Shown in pieces: positions 38,135 through 48,346 of a stretch of 64,000 nt of DNA (positions are counted from its first letter, which is position 1; every line of letters starts with the position of its first letter). Source of the stretch: Candidatus Poribacteria bacterium. GTDB taxonomy: Bacteria > Poribacteria > WGA-4E > JAJDTR01. The DNA is taken from positions 4,192,001-4,256,000 of the forward strand of contig CBDCTK010000002.1 of the NCBI GenBank assembly GCA_965222225.1, in the 5' to 3' direction. Under the pieces are notes generated by a model. The model saw only the letters and a program-made list of their open reading frames with translations, made no database searches and had not been told where the DNA came from. A program made the translations under genes and the position numbers.

Positions 38135-39460
38135 TTAGAGATTAAGCAGAATATCTTGAAGCTGCAATTCATCTTGTTGTCTCTTCCAACCCTCCGGCGG
38201 GACATAAACTTGAATGGTTACCAAGTCAGTTGCATCAGAGGGCAGGCGGGCTAAAATGATCTCATAGTCACTAAGTTTTCTTAAGTCACCTTGCTTTTCA
38301 TCGAAAATTATAATCGCTTCTGGATCGAGGCTATAGCTTTGACTTCCGTAGTTGGGGTTCCGGATGTGGAGCTTGTTAACAATTACATCATCGGGGTCGA
38401 TTTCAAGATCTTCTGCAATTCGTCTTTCCCATTTCCGTATTTGCTCACCATCTGCTTGGTGGAGTCGTCTGTTGTCTATCGGATTCTGTATATTGTTTAA
38501 TGATAATTCACCAATCATCTTGAACAATCTTCTTTCATAAAGTCGTTCAAATATGTTGCGGGCATTTGCTTGGGCGCACCCTTTTAGGATATCAATCAGC
38601 CGTTCGTCATGATACCTCATGTAATTTTCTATAAATTCGGATGTTCCATCATATTTGTAAAGTCGTTCCAGTTCCGTATTCTTCTCTCTGATCGCAAGTT
38701 CGATTCCGCGCACAATCATCGCATCAGAGATTGATCTTACCCGATGGTGATATACTTGTTGTGTCATGTGGTGTTTTGCAAGTAGAAGTTGTTCAAGGGC
38801 GAGAATACCTTCATCGCTAATTGCCAAAACTGATTCATGCCCTTTGTAGTGTACCTGGAATGACTCAATGATTTTCTCCAGATCGTAAATCCCATATTTT
38901 ACGCCAGCGAAATAGGAATCCCGAAGTAGATAATCCATTTTGTCTGCATCCAGATCGCTGGAGACAATGTCACGCCGAAAGTCCTTCGTTGCCTTCCCTT
39001 TAATCATGTTAACGACGAAATCGCGTTCTTCATCACTAAGGATCGCGCAAATCTCAGTGTCATTGTTAACAATGTCAATTGTAACTTTCTCGTGGATTTT
39101 TTCCCGGTCTGAACCTTCACTCGCTTCGTTTGGTGCATGCTGATCCAAGAGGTATTCGGAAACGTGGCTAAACGGTCCATGACCAATGTCGTGTAGCAGC
39201 GCTGCAAGCCGAATCTGTTCGCGCTCCTTATCGGTTATCTTGAGCCGATTGCAGATATGTCCGGCGATGTGCATTACACCGATTGAGTGTTCGAAACGGG
39301 TGTGCAAGGTTCCGGGATACACAAGAAACGCCATCGCCAATTGGCGAATCCGACGAAGCCTTTGGAAAGCTCTGGTATTGACTAAATTAACTTCCTTTTC
39401 TGAGAGTGCAATGAAACCGTGAATCGGGTCTCGAATCTTATGCGCAGGTTTTTTCATCAA
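38135..39460 (-). CDS. HD-domain phosphohydrolase (YwfO/SAMHD1-like dNTPase family)
   Basis: RDPIHG, FQRLRRIRQL, HTRFEHSIG, LLHDIGHGPFSH, DADKMDYLLRDS. Confidence 0.92.
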   Translation of the reverse strand: MMKKPAHKIRDPIHGFIALSEKEVNLVNTRAFQRLRRIRQLAMAFLVYPGTLHTRFEHSIGVMHIAGHICNRLKITDKEREQIRLAALLHDIGHGPFSHVSEYLLDQHAPNEASEGSDREKIHEKVTIDIVNNDTEICAILSDEERDFVVNMIKGKATKDFRRDIVSSDLDADKMDYLLRDSYFAGVKYGIYDLEKIIESFQVHYKGHESVLAISDEGILALEQLLLAKHHMTQQVYHHRVRSISDAMIVRGIELAIREKNTELERLYKYDGTSEFIENYMRYHDERLIDILKGCAQANARNIFERLYERRLFKMIGELSLNNIQNPIDNRRLHQADGEQIRKWERRIAEDLEIDPDDVIVNKLHIRNPNYGSQSYSLDPEAIIIFDEKQGDLRKLSDYEIILARLPSDATDLVTIQVYVPPEGWKRQQDELQLQDILLNL

Positions 39461-39708
39461 AGAAGGACCAGATTAAATTATACTATACTTATGTTTAGTA
39501 TTTCAAGAAAATTTTGGAATAATTTAGTAACAGTGTATCATTACTCCTCCAGAAAGATAGGGGAACGACAGAACTAAACTCGTTGGCGATTTTTTGAACC
39601 GTGGATTAAAGCATTTTACGGATAAAGTCTATACAAGAAGGCGACCTGAATGTATCCTGTATAAAGAGCGTGTTCCGATATTCAGAGAAGTATTTGGTAT
39701 TCTTCCGG

Positions 39709-40563
39709 TTAGGTGGTGTCGAGGATATCTATCACCTTAAATACAGTGAGCACGAACCTACGAAATTGGTTTAGGTAACATTCTTGTTCGTCTCTTTGCC
39801 AGTCTTGTGGCAAAGCCTTGGGGTGACCAGCCTCATTTCGGTTGAGACGATATATCCGGGCGATTCCTTCTAGCTTATCCCTGAGTTCACTTCGAAATGT
39901 TGAATCTGTAATTGGCTTGAAAATTTGGTTGACGTTGTCCGACAAGTAGCCTGTTAGTGCTGATATGCTTTGATGTTTGCCAATAGGCTCCTGATAATGG
40001 GCATCATGCCTAATAACTGCTTCTGCCAGACAATTGATAGCTCGTTCGGACGCTCCGCCTAAACAGATCACGGAGGAGATGTAGGAACCTTCTTGACAAG
40101 TTCGCAAACTCTCCAAATAGTATTGCCCAACGACGTAGTCAAGGTTGGGTATGTTCTCTTTGAGGGACTTGACTATGTCGTGAGCATCATCAAAAAGAAT
40201 AAGTATGCCATTATGATCGTCAGATTTTTCGCCAAGGGAGGTGAAGCAACAGCAAGGGCGGTTGGAATAACTAGGATCCAAAGCATCCATCAACAATCCC
40301 CGTCGCTTAAGTTGCGCAATCGCTTCATAGAATTTCAGAAAAAAACTCGGATCCTTGGTTTCTCCTTGAACTTCATTTTCAGCACATAATTGCTTTTGGA
40401 GATGGGGTAAAGAAAAGCGAATAGGTCCTTCTAATTGATTTCCTCGATTTTCGGCTTGTTTTTTCATGTCTTGCTCTATTCCTTTCACTAGACGGAAAAC
40501 AAGCCTTGCAAGTTCAGCAACGGTAATCTGTTCTCTCTGTTCTTGATTCAAAGATGATCGCAT
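39709..40563 (-). CDS. Hypothetical protein with probable C-terminal HEPN domain
   Basis: ESLRTCQEGSYISSVICLGGASE helix and RNEAGH (RX4H) motif. Confidence 0.65.
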   Translation of the reverse strand: MRSSLNQEQREQITVAELARLVFRLVKGIEQDMKKQAENRGNQLEGPIRFSLPHLQKQLCAENEVQGETKDPSFFLKFYEAIAQLKRRGLLMDALDPSYSNRPCCCFTSLGEKSDDHNGILILFDDAHDIVKSLKENIPNLDYVVGQYYLESLRTCQEGSYISSVICLGGASERAINCLAEAVIRHDAHYQEPIGKHQSISALTGYLSDNVNQIFKPITDSTFRSELRDKLEGIARIYRLNRNEAGHPKALPQDWQRDEQECYLNQFRRFVLTVFKVIDILDTT

Positions 40564-40805
40564 TATATTCTCCCATTATAGATGCAGTATTGTTTCAGAT
40601 CAAGCCAATATTTTTCTAGGCGGAATAAAGTTAACATCAATTGGCACGGGTGGTAAATCTAGTGCTCTATTATTATGATAGGGATTCGGAGAACATACAG
40701 CTATCTACATTCGGTTCCTGACCTCGGATTGAAACACTATCGTACATTGGCACAACCTTTCCATAGCACGCGGTTCTAATCCATGTAATCTGTTAAATTC
40801 GTGAT

Positions 40806-43800
40806 TCAGATAGACTTCAAACTCCTCGCCTTACTCAACCGCGCCTCGACAAGATTCACAACCGCCTCATAAACCCCGTCCCGTTCCCCTTGCGTGAGGT
40901 CGAGGGCATCAAAGACGATTGCATCAAGGGCGCGGCGGTCATCAGATGGTTCCAGCATCTCCCATGAAGATGATGCGAAAATGGCTTCATCGTCAAACAC
41001 GATTGTCGTTGGGTCTAGACAAAACAATTCCGCAACTTCATAGGTCTGTATTTTCAGCAATCCTCCGCCGAAATTGGAACGGCCAGCCATATTCACCATA
41101 AGTTGAAACAAAGATGAATTCACGGAGACACACAAACGCAATGTCAAGCCTGAATCCGTGTGTACCTCTTGAAAGTTGTCGCTTGCGAAACAACTGTCCG
41201 GAGCATAAAGTGTTCTTGCTGTTGAAGAAATCAAGTAGTTGAAAGCAAGGTGTGGAATCCGCCGTTGCCCCAAATCCCACCATCGCGCCCGACCTCGGCA
41301 ACTCGGCCTCTCATCAAATTCTTGCGACTCACCCCACTCAATGTATTTCAGCGCTGCCGTGCCGTCCAAGTCTTCTTTGTCTTTCCCGCAGATAAACAGC
41401 TTAAACTTCAGCCGGCTTGGGTCGATTAGGATGCTTTTGCATTCTCGCGGGCTTTTGATGACAGGATTCAGGAACTCCTCCTCGATTTCCCATTGACGGA
41501 TGGCGTCGGCATCAAGGTAAAAAAACTCGTTTGCTCCCGTCGTAAAACCACGTCGCACCTCTGCAACATCGCCCAAACGCACCAGTTTGTCCCTTCCCTT
41601 CTTCAGAATTGTCCAGTAGATGTCGGGTGCGCGGAGGTACTTGCCGCCCCACTTGTCGCCGGTGTACTTTGCCGTGGCAGACTTATCTGTGGTTTGATTA
41701 TCTCCGCCTGATTCCAGGAGCGCGCGTTGGGAGACGGGGAAAATGCGGTGTTCTTCCGTGCTCTTTCGTTCACTAGTCTCCTCAACCTCCTCGAAAATAA
41801 CCGGTGACAGCACACTCTCAAAGGGGGTTTTGAACATCACAAACCGTGCGATCTCATCTAATCCCGACCAGCGTTTTTCGTCGGGTGCGGAGAAGAGGCA
41901 GATGACGGTGTTCACATCGGCGGAGGCGAAGGAGCGCCGCGACTGGTTGTCAATAATCTGCTTGATGTGGCAGTGCTTGAGGAGGAATTCCTGAAGGTCT
42001 TTTCCGTAGCCGACATCCAGCCACGAATTGGAGGTGATGAAACAGAACGAGCCTTTCGGATTGAGGAGGGAAAGTCCGTGAAAATAGAAATAGATGTAGA
42101 GGTCGCTTTTGGCGTCGAGCTTGTGGGAGACAGCAGCGGCGGGGTTGTCCGGTTTGATATCCTTCTCGCGTTTGTACCCGAAGAAACGCGGGAAGGCTTG
42201 ATACACGGCGCGGGCAAGTTTTGTTTTGTAGGCTTTCTTGTTAGCGGTTGTAATGTCTTCGCGCGGGAGCTTCGGATCAGCGATGTTCTCCTGCCGTACG
42301 TACGGCGGGTTGCCGATGACAATATCGAATCCGCGTTTATCGTCGGAAAAGATTTCGACAAAGGCGATGTCCCAGACAAATGGCGAAGTAGGTGCGTTCG
42401 CGAGAGCGCCCCGTGCCTCTACAAGACGGTCGTAGTCTATGGTCAACACCTCAATCTGTTTGCTCCATTCTATTTCTTGGCGTTTGAGTTTCTGGCTGGT
42501 TGTCTCATCAATTGTCCCTTCAATCGTGATCTGCTGTGCTTTGAGATCATTGATAAGCTCCTTTAGGTCGTCAATTTGCTTTTTGACATCTTCGGCGTGT
42601 GTATCCACGAGATCTCGGAAAAGGTTCAACTCTTCCTGTTCTAGCGCTTGTTTAGACCTGTAGCGACAGGTTTTGTCGTTGTTGAAGAATTTGAGTTTTT
42701 CAGTTTTGAGACGGGTGGTACGTGCTTTTAATGATCTCGGTATCCCACTGAAATCGGCGCGGATTTGGACGAGGTTCATGCCGCCGATTTCTTGAAGGAG
42801 GCCATCGCCGCATCGGATGTTGAACGAGAAGTGCGGGAGGAGAGGCTCTATTCGTAATTGGAGTTCAGCGCGGGGAATATCGGCGTCAATGATGAGTGCC
42901 AGCCAAAGTCGCAGTTCTGCCACGTGGCACGCCCACTCCATTACGTCCACGCCGTAGAGATTCTTCCCGATGATGGCTTTCTTGCGATCGAAACTCAATT
43001 GTTCATACCCAAGTACGCGATTTGCTCTATCCTGCAGATCGTCAAGGATATGCAGCATCCCGACCAGAAATGAACCGGAACCGCAGGCTGGATCGACGAC
43101 GGCGAGTCCTTTAAGACGCTCATCAAGCTGATTCCAGAGGTTCTTTTCTCGGAGTTGTTGATCTGCACGTGTTCTTTCGTCGGGTTCAAAGGCGAAAACG
43201 GCTTTGTAGAGGGCAGATTTATTTTCTTCTCCCAAGTGATTTGCCAGGTTGTCCACCAGCGCGTCGGCACATCAGGTCGATTTCTGTGCGAGGGGTGTAG
43301 AAGATGCCGGCATCACCCTGTTTATCCGTCTCCTCCGAGACGTTGACCAGGCTCTCATACACCTTTCCAATCATCTCCGGATCGACGGCGACCTCTTGAT
43401 CGAGCGGGCTGTCTTCGGCGATGGTGAAGTTGTAGCTTTCAAGGAAATTGAAAATACTCTTAAAGCGAGAGTCAGAGATTTGAAAGTCGTGTTGGCTGTC
43501 GAGGTCGTTCTCGGTGAACAGCCCGCCGTTGAGGTAAGGGGCTGAGGCTAACGCCCTTCGAATCTCGTCCGGGAAATGGCGGTGTCCGCCGTGGAATCTG
43601 TTATTGAACGCCTCAAAGAACATGACGTTGAGCCAATGTTCAACGAACGAGTCGACCGGCTGATCTGTCGTCTGATAGGACTCCCAGAACGTCCGTAGAA
43701 AGTCGGTGTTGTCACCAAGCCAACCTTTCCGCTGGATGAAGTAGAGAAACATACAGCGGTTGAGAAACTGCAAAGCGTAATCGTGCGCCCATTGGTTGTC

Positions 43801-44400
43801 ATCCGTCTGATCCGCCAAATCATCCTGCAAACGCTGAAAAACGGATTTGTAGGCGTCGAAGAAGCCTTTGGTAACGGCTTCAACGTCAAAGGCTTTGTCG
43901 TGACGGCTTTGAATTTCAAGCGGCGAGTCTAAGGATTCTGCATCCAGCATCGCAATCCGCTCTGAGGCGGTACGAAGTTTTTCACGCGGGCTAATCGTAA
44001 TGCGGCGGTAGAGTCGGCGTTTCTCCGGATGTTCTTCGTCGAATTTGGCATTGACGAAGTGCCAGTCGGTTTGCTCCCGGTTGCTGAACATGAAAAGGGC
44101 GTAGGGGTAGTCTTTCAGGAGACGAGAGATGATGGGTCGTTCGGCGGTCAGGGGCAGGCGGTCCGAGTCGAGACGGGTATAGATGAGGTGAAAATCGGAG
44201 TCATTTCCGCCTGTCGCAAATAGGAGCGGGTCTTCAGCCGTGCGAGAAGTGTTTGACTGGTTCCTGTCGCCAAGGGAAATCGGGGCGTTTTGGTAATCGT
44301 AGTTCAATTCCGTACAGAAGAGTTCTCTGAGGGGTTTGATTCCGCGGAAGTTTTGGAGGATGTCGTGGATTCTTTGTTCGTCGGGGAGGTCATGTGGCAT
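40806..44400 (-). pseudogene. Type IIG/Eco57I-like N6-adenine methyltransferase (restriction-modification), frameshifted near 43260
   Basis: PYLNGGLF, IGKVYE, GIFYTP | DPACGSGSF, IGNPPY; the two ORFs join if 2 nt are restored. Confidence 0.88.
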
Positions 44401-44451
44401 AGATGTTCTCACAATGCATTTTTTTGTAAGTTGGGAGTCGGGAATCGGAGG

Positions 44452-44486
44452 GGATCTCTATCGCACTCCTTATTCAGTCGCTTGAT
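44452..44486 (+). repeat. 35-bp micro-element copy
   Basis: GGATCTCTATCGCACTCCTTATTCAGTCGCTTGAT at a G|C junction in a ..CCTAC repeat. Confidence 0.85.
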
Positions 44487-44729
44487 CCGTCCTACGGTAG
44501 AAGCCCCGCTGAAAATCCCCATACTATAATCGTACAGTTTTCGATTCAAGTCAAGCAAACAATCAAGTTTGGACTGCCTCCGACCTTGACAACGGAGACG
44601 AAATCGTGCGAGCCACCTTGGGAAGGTTTAGTATCAAACGCATTTTGTCAACGGCTGTGTCCTTTGATTCGTTAGGACTTGTATTCGGATACACAAAGAG
44701 AACGTCAAAGGTAAACTAGGAGGAACGAA

Positions 44730-45143
44730 ATGAGAATTGTAGCAATCTTAATGTTGGTGTTATTGACAGCTTGCGCCGAGATATACGAGGAGTTTAGGGA
44801 ACATGAAGAAAATGACAAACATGAAGAACACACTGAAATCTTGACCCTAGGTCCCTACACGATGCAGTGCTACGGGCCATTTGAGCAAGACTGCTTTATG
44901 GAGTACAACGAGGAAGCGGGACGCTGGCACTTTTTCTACGACGGTATTGAAGGCTTCCACTTTGAACCGGGGTACATCTATACGCTTGAGGTTAGGTTGG
45001 AGGACCGCGGCACCGAGATTCAGGATGTGGGACGCTATTCGTATCACCTGATAAAGATAGTGGATAAGGTAAAAGCGCCAGATGACTTTGATTACGCGAA
45101 AAACGAGAAACCCCAACTTTCAGATCTTGAATCTGGTGCATGA
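44730..45143 (+). CDS. DUF4377-like lipoprotein, copy 1
   Basis: LTAC lipobox; C.G....C..W.FFY..I.GF.FEPGY.Y.L.V. Confidence 0.8.
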   Translation: MRIVAILMLVLLTACAEIYEEFREHEENDKHEEHTEILTLGPYTMQCYGPFEQDCFMEYNEEAGRWHFFYDGIEGFHFEPGYIYTLEVRLEDRGTEIQDVGRYSYHLIKIVDKVKAPDDFDYAKNEKPQLSDLESGA

Positions 45144-45224
45144 GAATAGGTGTGATAAGACTTACACAAATGCAACCCATCCCGTGAATATGATTCGTCA
45201 CAGGTAGATTTAGGAGAGGCGAAA

Positions 45225-45566
45225 ATGAGATTCGTAATATTCGTTGTATTGGCGCTATTGGTGGCTTGCGGCGAAGAGCACACCGAGGTCCTAACGCTTG
45301 GTCCCTATACCAAGCGGTGCGTTGGGGCTTTTGAGCAAGACTGTTTTATGGAATACAACGAGGAAGCGCAACGCTGGCACTTTTTCTACGATGTTATTCA
45401 AGGCTTCGACTTTGAGCCGGGGTACATCTATACGCTTGAGGTTGGGTTGGAGGATCGTGGCACCGAGATACAGGATGTCGGACGGTATTCGTATCACCTT
45501 ACAAAGATAGTGGATAAAGTGAAATCTCCTGATGATTTTGACTACGCAAAGAACGAGAAGCCTTAA
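45225..45566 (+). CDS. DUF4377-like lipoprotein, copy 2
   Basis: LVAC lipobox; near-identical domain to copy 1. Confidence 0.8.
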   Translation: MRFVIFVVLALLVACGEEHTEVLTLGPYTKRCVGAFEQDCFMEYNEEAQRWHFFYDVIQGFDFEPGYIYTLEVGLEDRGTEIQDVGRYSYHLTKIVDKVKSPDDFDYAKNEKP

Positions 45567-45685
45567 TTCTCAGGACTTGAATGTTGTGTACGCGAACAAA
45601 TGTGATAGGACGTACACAATTGAGCCCTCAAATCCGTCTAACTCGGAGATTTCACCGTAGGGATAAGGAGGATTTCAATCGCGGG

Positions 45686-45720
45686 GGATTTACTATCGCC
45701 TTAGTATCCGCACAGTTAAT
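45686..45720 (+). repeat. Divergent 35-bp micro-element copy
   Basis: GGATTTACTATCGCCTTAGTATCCGCACAGTTAAT. Confidence 0.6.
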
Positions 45721-45855
45721 TCTATCCGGTCGCTCAACATTCACTCGCCTCAGCCTGCTGTGGGGCTTTCTGCAGGAAATGGTGGGCGGTGCCCACCCTA
45801 CAAATATACTACAGCTCCTAAAATGTCGCGGTTTAGAAAAAGTTTGCAAAAAGAA

Positions 45856-45884
45856 TTGACAATCCCTTGACCATAAGATATAAT
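45856..45884 (+). promoter_or_regulatory. Perfect sigma70 consensus promoter
   Basis: TTGACA-17 bp-TATAAT. Confidence 0.75.
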
Positions 45885-45908
45885 AGCGCGCAACACGCGT
45901 GGCTGGCT

Positions 45909-45990
45909 TGAGACTGAGTCTCAGAGTCAATAACTAGTGGTATATAATAGCATCGGGATTTAATTTGAGAATGCATGATACTGAGTCTCA
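45909..45990. promoter_or_regulatory. Two 7-1-7 Fur-like boxes
   Basis: TGAGACTGAGTCTCA (45909-45923) and TGATACTGAGTCTCA (45976-45990), next to iron genes. Confidence 0.6.
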
Positions 45991-46215
45991 ATATCATATT
46001 TTGCAGCCGCGTGACGGTCAAAACCGAATTCATCCGCAATAATATTTTTAACCTGTAGATTCTAGGCATCCAATCCTTGCACGTCACTTGATTGGTTCAC
46101 TTGCGGCAAAGCGTTATATAATACGTTTTGGGTTGAAACATATCTCTAGACCTCTTCGTTAATCGCATTGCCATCTGTGTATTCGGTGCAAAGTAAATTA
46201 GGCGTTCTCTTCGTC

Positions 46216-46689
46216 TTATTCGGCGTCAATCTGTTGCGCGAGGTAGTTTTCAATGCCCATCTGGCTAATTTGGTCCAGTTGTGCCTCAATCCAGTCAACG
46301 TGTTCCTCCTCCTCTCGGAGAATTTCTTCAAACAGTTCCTCCGTGCCAAAGTCCTTCAGGGTATGCGCAAGTTGAATCAATTCGTTCAACCGTTCAATAG
46401 CTTCCTTCTCAAGGGCGCAATCGTTATCCATCATCTCCTTAACGGTTTTGCCAATCTTGATTTCAAAGTATCGTGCCATGTTCGGCAAACCATCCAGGTA
46501 GAGAACTCGCGCTATCAATTTTTCAGCGTGCCTCATTTCTCCGATGGAATGTTCTCGAATCGCGGCGTGCAGGCGCTCATAACCCCAATTTTCGCACATT
46601 TCCGAATGAGCGAAATATTGGTTGATTGCGGTTAGCTCAGAGGTCAGTATTTCGTTGAGTGCTTCAATGATGTCGGGATGGCCGTACAA
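46216..46689 (-). CDS. bfr: Bacterioferritin
   Basis: ELTAINQYF, EMRHAEKLI.R.L.L.G.PN, EEEH ferroxidase ligands. Confidence 0.95.
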   Translation of the reverse strand: MYGHPDIIEALNEILTSELTAINQYFAHSEMCENWGYERLHAAIREHSIGEMRHAEKLIARVLYLDGLPNMARYFEIKIGKTVKEMMDNDCALEKEAIERLNELIQLAHTLKDFGTEELFEEILREEEEHVDWIEAQLDQISQMGIENYLAQQIDAE

Positions 46690-46859
46690 TTTGGTCTCCT
46701 CTTCGGTTTGGTATAAATTAGATTTAATGTAAAGCTTGTAAGACTACGAACACAGTTAAAGCATAGTTTAGAAACGTGGGCGATGTCAAGCAAAAGTGAG
46801 GGAGGTAAGAATTCTGTACACTCGACCTAGACCGGCCAAGGGAAAGTAATTTCGGGATT

Positions 46860-47348
46860 TTGATTCCTCTTGTGTCCGAATCGAGTGGAATTCCCAGACA
46901 TAGTTATATGCCTTTACAAATCCAAACAGCATCGGTGAATCGAGAAGAATCTCGATTCGTAAAAGCGACAGAGACCAACAACGTGACCCCGGGAAGTAGT
47001 GTCGCCGTAAAGTTGGAAGGTAATTTCATTGGAATACACAATGTTGATGGCGAGTACTACGCTATCGATAATATCTGCCCTCACGTGGGCGGCGTTTTGC
47101 ACGCGGGCAAACAGGAAGGCGGTGTTATTGTTTGTCCAATCCATGAGTGGAAATTTGATGTGAAAACAGGGAAATGCATCTGGCCCGGCGAATGTGAATT
47201 GGCTACCTATCCTTTGAAGGTAAGCGGAGGTGATATCTTGGTTGACGTGGATTCACCAAGTACCCCGCAGAAACGTAGTCGTCTTCGCGCGTGTTCAACT
47301 AATACCAATGACCAATCGAAATCAAGCGAATGGAGGATACAGAGTTGA
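46860..47348 (+). CDS. Rieske (2Fe-2S) ferredoxin; start uncertain
   Basis: CPH...CPIH. Confidence 0.85.
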   Translation: MIPLVSESSGIPRHSYMPLQIQTASVNREESRFVKATETNNVTPGSSVAVKLEGNFIGIHNVDGEYYAIDNICPHVGGVLHAGKQEGGVIVCPIHEWKFDVKTGKCIWPGECELATYPLKVSGGDILVDVDSPSTPQKRSRLRACSTNTNDQSKSSEWRIQS

Positions 47349-48346
47349 AATTCCTCGTGCTGGCAATCAGTATTCTAACGGTTGTGGCGACGTGCGGTGC
47401 CGTAGACGCAAAAGAACTGGTTCTCTATTCCGGTAGAAGCAAGAGTCTGGTTGAACCGATAATTAAGCAATTTGAGAATGAGACGCAAATTAAGGTGAAG
47501 GTGCGTTACGGCGGCACAGCGGAGCTTGCAGTTGCATTGTTGGAGGAGGGGGAGAATAGTCCCGCCGATCTCTTCTGGGCTCAAGATGCGGGGGCGCTCG
47601 GTGCAATCAGTAAGCGTGGTCTATTTCAACAACTGCCTGACACAATCCCTTCGAAAGTGCCTGAAAAATTCCGCGATTCGGGAGGAATGTGGGTGGCTAC
47701 CAGCGGACGTGCTCGTGTCATCGCATACTCCTCCGACCAGATTAAAGCTGAGGACGTGCCCGACAGCATCTTTGAGTTGACGGATTCAAAATGGCAGGGA
47801 CGGGTTGGATGGGCACCGCAGAACGCTTCGTTCCAGGCATTTGTGACGGCGATGCGCGTTGGAATCGGGGAGGAAAAGACCGAGGAATGGCTGCGTGGAA
47901 TGAAGGCGAACAAAACAAAAGGTTATGCCAAGAATACTCCGATCATCAAAGCGCTCGCAGCGGGCGAGATCGATCTGGGTCTGCCGAATCATTACTACCT
48001 GTTGCGATTCAAGAAAACCGATTCCGAGTTCCCGGTCGAACAAGCTTTCTTTAAACCCGACGACCCGGGAAATCTCGTCAATATCTCAGGCATCGGACAT
48101 CTAAAAACCAGCCAAAACTCCGAAGAAGCTCTCGCCCTGATCCAATTCTTGCTCTCTTCCCAAGCACAACAGTTTTTCGTCAGTGAAGTCTTTGAGTATC
48201 CTATAACCAATAACGCAGTTCCAAATCCAAACCCGAAGCTAGTGCCGCTTGCAGAACTACTGGAGCGGACACCGAAAATCAATCTTGGAGACTTGGACGA
48301 TCTTGACGGCACCCTCAAACTTCTAAGGAAGGTGGGAATCTTGTGA
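47330..48346 (+). CDS. Fe(III) ABC transporter substrate-binding protein (FbpA/FutA-like)
   Basis: YSGR, EGENSPAD, NHYY. Confidence 0.9.
   Translation: MEDTELKFLVLAISILTVVATCGAVDAKELVLYSGRSKSLVEPIIKQFENETQIKVKVRYGGTAELAVALLEEGENSPADLFWAQDAGALGAISKRGLFQQLPDTIPSKVPEKFRDSGGMWVATSGRARVIAYSSDQIKAEDVPDSIFELTDSKWQGRVGWAPQNASFQAFVTAMRVGIGEEKTEEWLRGMKANKTKGYAKNTPIIKALAAGEIDLGLPNHYYLLRFKKTDSEFPVEQAFFKPDDPGNLVNISGIGHLKTSQNSEEALALIQFLLSSQAQQFFVSEVFEYPITNNAVPNPNPKLVPLAELLERTPKINLGDLDDLDGTLKLLRKVGIL

Noticed and set aside
25703-40563. Classical integron cassette array
   Set aside because: No intI, and I could not identify consistent attC sites (RYYYAAC..GTTRRRY) between genes
22337-44400. DISARM or BREX call
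   Set aside because: No DrmA/DrmB (DUF1998) or PglZ/BrxC genes are recognisable
44730-45566. DGR template/variable repeat pair
   Set aside because: Mismatches involve all bases, not only A; both copies are ORFs; no reverse transcriptase in the window
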